Of a stretch of DNA of 64,000 bases, positions 54,071-64,000 are shown piece by piece. Origin of the DNA: the human T2T-CHM13v2.0 reference genome, Homo sapiens. Under the pieces are notes generated by a model, which saw only the letters and a program-made list of their open reading frames with translations, did not search any database and had not been told where the DNA came from. The stretch lies in assembly GCF_009914755.1 (NCBI RefSeq), contig NC_060926.1. One strand, 5' to 3'. Positions within the stretch are counted from its first letter, which is position 1; every line of letters starts with the position of its first letter. Made by a program: the position numbers and the translations under genes.

Positions 54071-56843
54071 ACAGATCCCTCAGCTACCAGTCTGTCTGTG
54101 TTTTCCTTTCTGCACACACACCCCTATTCGTGTGTGCACGTGCGCCTGTGTCTTTGTTTTTTCCCATGCATCTGCACCACTTCATACTGCCTGTACCAGG
54201 TACTGTGTTGTCTATACTAATTAACATTTTATGTAAAATCAATCTAGTAGAAGGAATGTGAGCTAAAATAACAATATTAATCAAGTCTGACCAACATGCA
54301 TGATACCTTTTGGATTTGCGCACCTGCTTCCATTTACTGTGGTTTCTGGAAGGCTAATGAGAAAAACTTTTAGGTGTTTGAATGGCGTCTGTTTCCATCT
54401 TGAGCCAGCATAGTAAATAAATAGCAAATCAAAGAATAAAAACAATGTAGAAAGGGTTAAAGATTCATCTAGAACCACTAATCGCTGACCCGGGCTTGTT
54501 CATGTTTGCATACCGATGCATAGCCTGGTGCCTGGCACAAAACTCTTTGGTAAAAATGTTTGCCCGGAGAAGGTGTCAGATAACAGACATCAAAGCTGAC
54601 TTTTTGGATGTTCTTTTCACTCCGTGGCTGTGTAGTCACATGTTCATGGTTTGTCATTGTGTGGAATTTTTGATGCTATATTTGGGCATATATCTATTAA
54701 ATATGCTTATTGATGAATTGTAATCTGGATGGAATCTTCTAGGATTTATGATTTGAGACTTTGAAGACTAATTCTCTCTTGGAGCTTCATCGTTGCAGTG
54801 ACAACCTGGGTCTGTCTGGCGCTTCTGAGCATCCGTGCCGTCTGTCCTCTCTCAGGGGCTTTCCTTGTGGGTTGTTGTCTCTGCTCAGATTTCAAAATTT
54901 GTAGTAGTTCACAAAAGCATCGTTTTAAGGAAAAAATGAAACACCTGGAAATCACAGAGGCACTTTGGGAAGGGCGATAACACTGTATTTTCCAACTTCT
55001 TCTGTTCTATTTTTATTCTTTATATTAGTTTTTTCTCGAGATGGGTGTGAATAGAGCCTGGAGCACACACCACAAAAATGTGTTTGCTCTGTTTTAACTC
55101 TTTCAACCTACATTCAGCCAAGGAGGGACTTCTTCAGTTTGAGATTCTCCTTGAGAAAGACGTGGTTGCAGTGCCTGGGATCTGGACCACACAGGAGGTT
55201 TGGGGTGTGGGGAGGCTGGCCCCACCTGACTGCTGGCCCGGCACTGGCACGGTCACTCCTGTGTAGCTCTGCTGCCGCCCCTCCCTTCCCCCTGGGCTTG
55301 TCTCTACCCTAGAAGTAATGTCAAGCATGAGGCTTCCTCTTCTTGAGGCTTCCCCACAAAGCTCCTAGAAGCAAGTTGGAGGTGTGGGCGGTGAGGGAAG
55401 AGCAGACAAGAGGACTCTGTGTCTCTGTTTTGTGCAAAGCATACGCCAAAGGCTTAGATCAAATTAAAGACCCAACAGCGGCCAGAACTTCCCTGCTTTC
55501 CTTTTGGTCATTTAGTAACACTGAGAAGTGGTGAAGAGCGGTGAAATTGGGATTAAAAACAAAAAACAAAAACATTCTTCCCTTTCTCCTTTACCTTCAC
55601 TTTTCACGTCTTCCAGCTTTAAGCATCTGCTTCTGGATCAAACCTGCAGCTAAGCTTAGCCTCCCAGGGAACTTTAAGGATATATATTCAGCTCCTGGAG
55701 CTTCTAAATGAGGGTAGATTGAATAACTGTTTACTGAGAAGGCACAGTGGGAAGAGCACTGCCTTTCCTGTGGCATCTCATTTTTGCTCACCCTGTCGCA
55801 TGGGTGACTTCACAGTGGTGGTATTGCTATTCTGCAGCTGATTTAGAGAGATCCAAGCATTTGCCCAAGTTCAGATCAACAAACATGGGTGCCAGGCCTA
55901 TGATGGGTGCCGGATGGGTTACAGGGAGGAAGGATCCTGTCCTCCAGACACCTGCCTACCTATGGAGAAGGAAGAGAGCCAATATTCCCTTTTCTAGGAA
56001 ATATAAATTGCTTATTTGAATAAAAAAATCATATGTTTAGCCACATTGCTCACTGATTATCACAGTTGACATAGTAAGTTGAGGTCCAGCTAATTTTCTT
56101 TTAAAGTGTGAAATAAATTTAAAGAGACTCACCAGTATGATTTCAAGTACCTTCAGACTTAAATGTGCTAGCCTCATCTTTGCAAATGGAACAAAAATTC
56201 AATTCTGAATTTGCCTGCAAGGCTTAGGTGTATCTGACTCCTTTCTTTGTGGTCAGAAGGCTTCCTGGGGTGTGCTGATTTGGATCTACGAAGATTAAAT
56301 ACTTGAGGATTAAATGAGTTCCTGTTTGCAAAGTGCTTAGAACTGTGCTGACATATGCCAAATCGGTAACATCAATGGTTATTTCTGGACTCGTCTTGGG
56401 GATCATGGTCCTTGAAGGCAAGGACTTTGTCTTTTAGCCTTCCTTGGTCCTGGCACAGGCTGGATATTCGTTGTTCAAATACTGTGAGCTCAATGAATTG
56501 TGTTGAGGTGACAGAGGAAGGAGACAGGGCACCACATCTCACCAGGAAGTCCATGGAAATGAGTGGTCCAGTCCAGGAATTTCCCGAGAAATTCTGTGAG
56601 ACAGTCCAGAGCAGAGAGAACCAAGTTGTGAATGCTGCTGTGGCCGTGACCCATGGGTCCACTGGGTTCTGCCTAACCACCTACATTGGCCGCTGCTGCT
56701 ATTGATTTGTCTCTCCATCACAGTAGAGAGGGGTAGAAAATGGTGCTACTCCAGTTAAGGTCACAGATAGGTGTCTGTTTCCACACTGTTCCCAGTGTGT
56801 GCCGAGATAAATTGGGAATAAGCATTTAGAAACTACGATTGCA

Positions 56844-57209
<366 letters not shown>

Positions 57210-57762
57210 CTAGGTACAGACCAGTTTGCATGGTCTTGGACTCTCATGGTGAGTTACCAGGAGAGCCGCCTATGGTGTGAGTGTGAGCTAATCATGCAAG
57301 GTAGGACCACATTTTCGTTCCTGACAGATTGGTGATGTAAACAAAAACCCAAAACCTGATTCTTCACCGCAGGTAGGCGTAGAGAACTGCCTGGAAGAAA
57401 CCTAGCTGCAGTTGTCTTGCCAAAGCAAGACATGTCCCGTGATTTTATAACAATTGGGTCTAGAATCCCTCATCAGTGAGACCAATATTGCCACCTTTAG
57501 GTTAACAAGTGGGCTGAATTCTGTCCAACCCAGTGGTGCTCATATTAGCAGGGGCAGCAGCCTGGTCTGTCCTGCCTGGAACTCAACTGCCATTGTTGGT
57601 GGCCATAAGGAGGGCTGCATCCCCTGCGTTTAGGTGCCTCCCCAGTCGGTCTCCCTGATGCTGAGTGAGAGCCTCAGGATCTTGGCTTGGGACCCTCGTA
57701 GCCACCCACATACATCCTGAGGCCAATTTGTTGCAATGCTGCCCTGTTTTGACCTCTTGAGA

Positions 57763-57839
57763 TTTGGGTAGCCTATTTTGCCATTGAATTAGCTTATTTG
57801 TTTTGGGTAAGTTATTTTGCCATTGACTTAGCTTATTTA
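57763..57839. repeat. Tandem duplication, 2 x 39 bp
   Basis: TTTGGGTA...TATTTTGCCATTGA.TTAGCTTATTT starting at 57763 and 57802. Confidence 0.9.
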
Positions 57840-59137
57840 GCCAATGGGAAGACATATAAGATGACCTAGCCCTGGCTTTTCAAACCAAAATTAAGGGCCG
57901 TGGAGTTTGGGAAAGGTGCATACCTCATTTGGAAGCTGGGCTGGTTGGACCAGGAGGCTGCGTGCAGTGCGCTTGTCAGGCCGATCCTTCTAGAGGAGAG
58001 CCTGCTGTAATCTCTTCGGTTCATGCTGTTCCAACCAGCTTTAATCATCAAAACCAGTGCTAATCATCAAAACTTGAATAATATACAGACTGCGAAAGGA
58101 ACATATTTCTTGCCGAAGCCTCGATTTGCCAAAGGGAAGCACCTAAGCTTCCCCATCTACCCATCTATGGCAACATGTTGTAAAAATAAGAAGCACCTGG
58201 ATGGCTTCATATGATGTGGGGAAACTGCCTTTTTCTACGATGATTCTCAGTTTTAAAATTTCCTCTCTTTCCCCCAAGAGGAGAAAAATGATTTTCATGG
58301 AAAGCGTGTTTCAGGGAAGTCGCTTTTTTTTCTCTGTATAAGGTCACCACCTCACTTGTGACCTTGAGGGAGGCTTCCTCCCTGGCCCCAGGTGTCTGAC
58401 AAGGTCTGCTCTAGTGGCCCCTGGGTAGAGGTCTGGCAGTGCGGGGGAAGGTAGGGGAGGATTTGTGCTCTGAGACCTGGAAGGTACCTGTGACTGGGAC
58501 AGAGGGAAGGTCGCAGGCAGCCGTGGAGAACCTCGTCAGGAGAGCAGCTCCTGCTGCTGCCTTGATGGGATAAAGGCACACAAACGGCCCTCCTGTGGCA
58601 GGGGCTCCAGCCCCAGTTCTAGATGAGGGCTGTAGTGATGGCCCCTGGCCCTTGCCCCTCCCCACAGGCTCTCCCTCACATCACTGAGTGAGCAGGGCTT
58701 TTCAGAGCTACGGCCCTGCTCAGGTTTTAAAATTTAAAGCTTGATTCTGCAGACACCACAATAATGCGTTTTTGTTAAGGAGGACCTCTGGGGGAGGCAG
58801 CAGGGGTGGGGTGGTCACTCACTGACTGTGAAGTCACAATTTGACAGCTGTAACTGTCTGCTGTTTTTATTCCTGGTATACCTTCCCGAATGCCTGGTCT
58901 CCGGAAACATTTTTTGATAGCTCAAATAGACACCTGGGCCAAGTATAGTCTCCTTGGTCCCAGGAAAATGGGAGGCAGTTGCCCATCAGGCCCTTATTCC
59001 TGTGCTGGGTGTGACCAGTGCTGAGATGGGGTTGGGTGGAGGATGTGAGACACTGCTGCCTGGGAACTGAGCATGCGGCAGTGAGGAGGGTGGGGCTTGG
59101 CTGTCAGGCCAGCACAGTGGCAATTAAAACGTGCTTT

Positions 59138-60796
59138 CAACTCAACAAACAAACACCTCCATTAAAAAATGGGCAAAGGACTTGAATAGACACCTCTCCA
59201 GAGAAGGTATACCAATGGCCAATAAGGACACAAAAAGATGCTCCACATCACTAATCATTGGGGAAATGGAAGTCAAAACCACAATAAGATACCACTTCAC
59301 GTCCATTAACGTGACTATAAACAACAACAGAAAATAACAAGTGTTGGTGAGGATGTGGAGAAACTGCAACCCTTATGCACTGCTCATGAAAATGCAAATT
59401 GTGCAACCGCTATGGAAAACATTATGGCCATTCTTCAAAAAATTAAACATAGAATTATCATCTGATCCAGCAATTCTGCTTCTGAGCCTATACCCAAAAA
59501 AAGTGAAAGCTGGGACCCAAACAGATGTTCATACACTAGTGTTGCTCATAGCAACCACATTCACAATAGCCAAAAGGTAGAAGCAACCCAAGTGTCCGTC
59601 AGTGATGAATGAATAAACAAAATACACTAGACACATACAATGGAAGATGATTCAGCCTTAAAAAGGAAGGAACTTTTGACACACGCTATAGCGTGGATGA
59701 ACCTTGAAGACGTTATACTAAGTGAAATAAGCCAGTCACGAAAGGACCATTACTGGAGGATTCCACTTATATGAGGTACCTAGAGTAGTATGGATTGGAT
59801 TCACAGACAGAGGTAGAATGGTAGTTGCCAGGGGATGTGGGGAGAGAGTTATCGTTTAATGCGCAAAGAGTTTCAGTTTAAGAAAATGAAATGCTCTGGA
59901 GATAGATGGTGGAGAAGGTTGCAAAACAATATGCATGTAGGTTTTGCAGATGCTGCTGCCGCTGCTGGGATCCCCATACTGTCAGCCGTGGTCAACCCTG
60001 CCGTGTTCTTCGACATCGCTGTCGATAGCGAGCCCTTGGGCCATGTCTCTTTCTAGCTGTTTTCAGAGAAGGTTCCAAAGACAGCAGAAAACTTTCATGC
60101 TCTGAACTTTCATGCTTTCATGGAGAGAACGGATTTGGTTATAAGGGTTCCTGCTTTCACAGAAATATTCCAGGGTTTTATGTGTCAGGGTGGTGACTTC
60201 ACATACCATAATGACACTGGTGGCAAGTCCATCTACAGGGAGAAATTTGATGAGAACTTCATCCTAAAGCATACAGGCCCTGGCATCTTGTCTATGGCAA
60301 ATGCTGGACCCAACATGAATGGCTCCCAGTTTTTCATCTGCACTGCCAAGACTGAGTGGTTGGATGGCAAGCATGTAGTATTTGGCAAGGTGAAAGAAGG
60401 CATGAAGATTATGGAGGCCATGGAGCGCTTTGGGTCCAGGAGTGGCAAGACTAGCAAGAAGATCACCATTGCTGACTGTGGACAACTCCAATAAATTAGA
60501 CTTGTGTTTTATCTTCACCACTCAGCCATTCCTTTATAGTTCAGGAGAGCATGCCTGCTCCCCATTTGCTCACAGTATCCTAGAATCTTTGTGCTGTCAC
60601 TGCATTTCCCTTTGGGTTCCATGTTTTCCTTGTTCCCTTCCATGCCTAGCTGGATTGCAGAGTTAAATTTATGATTATGAAATAAAAACTAAATAGCAAA
60701 ATAGTGTGCATGCACTTAATGCCACTGAACTGTACATTTAAAAATGATTAAAATGGTAAATGTTATGGCATGTATGTTTCATCACAATAAAAAAAT
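59138..60796 (+). mobile_element. L1M (L1MB-like) ORF2 end and 3' UTR, split by the PPIA retrocopy
   Basis: AAAAATGGGCAAAGGACTTGAATAGAC...CCAGCAATTC...GAAATAAGCCAGTCAC. The L1 resumes CTTAATGCCACTGAACTGTACA after the insert. Confidence 0.88.
59941..60700 (+). pseudogene. Processed pseudogene of PPIA (cyclophilin A)
   Basis: Intronless PPIA-like 5' UTR, CDS and 3' UTR. ATG>GTG at 59988, TAG at codon 23 (60054), frameshifting duplication of AACTTTCATGCT (~60090-60120). C-terminal FMCQGGDFT...[24 protein letters not shown] retained. AATAAA at 60681. Confidence 0.96.
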
Positions 60797-60949
60797 AGAT
60801 TTCCAAACATATTCCAAAGTGATTCTCCTAGTAAATTCTTTTTAAAATTCACCTAGGAAAAAAATGTGTTTTACAATTTAGCAACTCTTCTAGGGCACTT
60901 GCCGTGTTACCCGCTCTGTGCTGAGCATTGCATTGCGTTTATTTATTAT

Positions 60950-61400
60950 TATTTTATTTGAGGTGTGATCGTTGAGAAGCAATACAATGAAATCTACAGC
61001 CTCAAGTGTTCAGTTCACTGAGTTTCAATAATTGTGAACCTGTGTAACTGCATGATGAACCTGTGTAACTTTCATCACCCCAGAAAGTTCCCTCCTGCCC
61101 TCTTCTGGTCAACCCCCATCTTCTTTCCAACCACTTTCTGATGTCAGTCATCATGGGTTTATGCCTGTTCTCGATGTTCTTGTAGACAGAAACTCACAGT
61201 GTGCACTCTTGTGTGCCCTGCTGGTCTTGCTCAGCCTGCCGTCTGCTGTTGACCTGTGCTGATGCGTGTCCCTGGAGTTAACTCTACTGCTAACTAGTAC
61301 TCCATCCCATACAGTTTGTGCATCCATTCTCCTGTGGGTGGACATTGAGATGGCACTGTGGTTTGGAGACCGCTGACAGTGAGTGAAGATGTCAGCTGAC
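60950..61400 (-). mobile_element. Old L1M 3' end
   Basis: TTCATCACCCCAGAAAGTTCCCTCCTGCCC...CATCCATTCTCCTGTGGGTGGACATT. Confidence 0.65.
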
Positions 61401-61923
61401 CACTGGGGAGTGTCCCGGCAGAGTGAGCTTGCCACACTTCAAGTTTTCGGTGCTGGGGGTTTTGCTTTTTTGGTGACTCAGCACTAGGGACAGGAAGTGG
61501 ACAGATGGCCTTAACAGGTTGACGTCCCTGAGCTGTGATAGCTGCCACACCCTTCCCCAGCTCCGACGGCCACCTGCAGATGTGATCAGATACCCAAGGG
61601 GGCTAGGGTGGAGGTGGAGGAGTAGAGCGGCCCCTGCCCCAGGCAGGGTTTGGGTGGCCTGTCCCCAGCTTGGCCTCTTCCTTTCTGGATTGAAGTCTTG
61701 AGGCTGGTTGAGATGCTCTTTAGCCACATTAAAGCCATTAGTCTGGGACTGAAGCACCACAGCTTTTCCATCTTTCCAGTGACTTGGCTCTCTCTGCTGT
61801 GACCCATTCTTGGGTGAGTTTGTAGCCTCTGAGTCCAACACTGAGGTCAGTGTCTCCTCATTTCCCCAATGCTGGGCAGTATCTTATCTCATGACATGGT
61901 GAGGCCTAATGCAGAGCCATGCA

Positions 61924-62211
61924 GCTGGGCACCGTGGCTCACACCTGTAATCCTAGCACTTTGGGAGGCCAAGGTGGGAGCGTTGCTTGAAACCAGGAGT
62001 TAATAAAGGTCAACTTGGGAAATATAATAGTGAGACCCCATCTCTACAAAAAAAAAAAATGTTAAATTAGCCAGATGTAGTGGTACACGCCTATAGTCCC
62101 AGCTACTTGGGAGGCAGGGGCAGAAGGATTAACCTCCTGGTTAAGGGTGCAATGAGCCAAGATTGCACCACTGCGCTCCAGCCTGAGTGCTATAGCAAGA
62201 TCTTGTCTCTA
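61924..62211 (+). mobile_element. AluJ SINE without a recognisable tail
   Basis: Diverged dimer from GCTGGGCACCGTGGCTCACACCTGTAATC to TCTTGTCTCT. Confidence 0.85.
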
Positions 62212-64000
62212 AGTGGTATGGGAGGGGGAAAGCTACACCTTTGTTGCAAATAGATCTGGGCTCAAACACTAGCTGGCTACCTGGACATGATGCAATCATA
62301 GGCAAGTTAATCTCTTGGAGCGTAGCTACCTCATATGATAGCATCAAGAATACCTTTGTTGTCCCATGTCTGCCTTCATAGGCCTGTTGGAGGTGGGAGG
62401 GTAATTCCTGCCTTCCAGTAACATGGACAAATTTATCCGTGTGAAAGCCAGTTTCACCTGAGGTCAGTTTCCTCTGCTGCCCCGTTTCTGGGCAGTACCT
62501 CATGTCATGACATAGATAATGCAAGTTGAGAGTGTGTGGGTGACAACTTCAACTGTTGCTCTACAGTAGAGACCTGTGGAGACAGGACAGACTGATCAGG
62601 GTGGGCTGTGGTCACTGGGGAACCTCATGAAGCAGACAGAATTTGGGGGCCCTCCAAGAGAAAAAGTATTTATGCCGGTTTCCCTCTCTCCATTCAGAAA
62701 CCGTACTCTATACACCCCCGGTCCCCACCCTAAGTCCACCAGGTCACTGACAGCTAACAATTGACCCTCACCTGGGAGAGGTAAGCTTGCAAGGCCCAGC
62801 TTGGACATGCACCTGTGATTTCTAAAGGACTTCTTCTGAATTCATCTCTGAATGAGGTTGGCGGCACTGCTATGGTGTCTGAGCCTATACAGGAGCCGAG
62901 GGCTATGTAGTCATCAGAGCCTCAGTTTAGAGGCTCACATGACAGAGACATGGAGTGTGGAGCCCATCTCAGCAAGTCAGGGCCTGACGCGTTATGCCCG
63001 CTCACATGTAGGCACAGGAGACCTGGGACAGAGGAAGCGATCTGCTCCTGCCTGAAGTAGTGGGAGGGGCAGGAAGGTGCATTGCTGAGCAGAGGGACTA
63101 TCTGCTGGTCCAAGGAGCCTCTGTCCGGCTGGACTGAGGCTACCCTCAGCTTCCATCTCTCCTCTTCATTCTCTAGAAGGCTCTGCCAGGTTCAGATCCT
63201 GCCTGTCCTTTGCAGCTTTGTAGGGAGCAGTCCCCACATCTCTGAGGATTGCCTGATGCAAGTTCTCGAGGTAACTGCTTCAGGGCTGCGTGGGAGTCCC
63301 CAGCTGACTTGACCATGTGCTCCTGTGGAAAATGATCACCTCACCTTTTATTTATATTCTGTTGTTGATTTTCCTCTAAGGATCTAGGCCAGTGCTGGGC
63401 ACATTTTGCACTTTCAACAGTCGAGGGGCAGAAAAAGAGAATTACCATACCTGAGGCTTGCCAGTCAGGGGCAGAGCCAGAACTGGAATCCCAGCAGCCC
63501 AGACGTGGGAAGAGCATCGAGGACCGGCAGGAGGAGGGGATGGGAGGGCCGTCTGGGTGAGGGGTCATCTAAGAGCCCAGTGCTGTTTCACACTGTCCCG
63601 GGTGGAAAATGCAAACCCTGTGGATTTTCACCCTCTCAGTGTTGACTATTGTCCTATGGAAATAAGGGTGATTTCCTAAAATGTGTGGCTCAATAAAGGA
63701 TTCCTTCACCGGGGTGTGAAATGACTGTGCATCTGAATCTGAGCCAGAAAAGATAAACTTTGCTCCATTTTCCCACACACCGGATTAGAATCTTTCCAGG
63801 ACACTAACCTAGTGTGTGCTTATCTAGGTCCTTGGGCCTAGGGGCCCCTGGTGAAAGCCCAGGCCATGCAATCCGAGTCCCAGCGCCCCCATCCTTCCCC
63901 CTCTCTCCCGTGGGTTTGTATCTCCCTGGCATCCCCCAGCAGACTGCTCTGCCCAGCTGTGAACTGAACAGCCTGGCTTGTCTTGGGGCAGAACCTGTCC

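Noticed and set aside
57583-57855. ORF with a 13-aa repeat (NKLxQWQNxLPK)
   Set aside because: Result of the 39-bp tandem duplication on the antisense strand. No other coding evidence.
60120-60494. 124-aa cyclophilin-like ORF as a functional CDS
   Set aside because: Remnant of a processed pseudogene with lost start, early stop and frameshifts. Its N-terminus is out of frame with PPIA.

Overview
Primate (human-like) genomic DNA with no intact protein-coding exon visible. About 1-46 kb is repeat-rich intergenic sequence: many Alus, an old ~6 kb degraded L1 with nested younger insertions, L2/MIR/CR1 relics, MaLR/ERVL LTRs, DNA transposons, a 32-bp GC-rich VNTR and microsatellites. A ~2.8 kb CpG island (~45980-48790) holds a TATA-less + strand promoter (CCAAT and GC boxes) and a ~600-nt non-coding first exon ending at a strong donor (GAG|GTAAGA, 47163/47164). 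From memory this resembles the 5' leader of human KLHL29; I have not verified that. The rest is the start of a long first intron containing a PPIA processed pseudogene nested in an L1. I see no evidence for a new gene system. The best second-look signals are: (1) three uORFs in the first exon (a strong-Kozak Arg-rich uORF, a poly-proline uORF written by a GCC repeat, and an AUGA stop-start overlap); (2) a 16.2-17.7 kb patchwork of a fold-back palindrome and two copies of nearby sequence, datable between AluJ and AluS insertions; (3) a VNTR whose every unit carries a CTCF-like motif; (4) a young AluYd-lineage insertion. Repeat subfamily names and percent identities are by-eye judgements.
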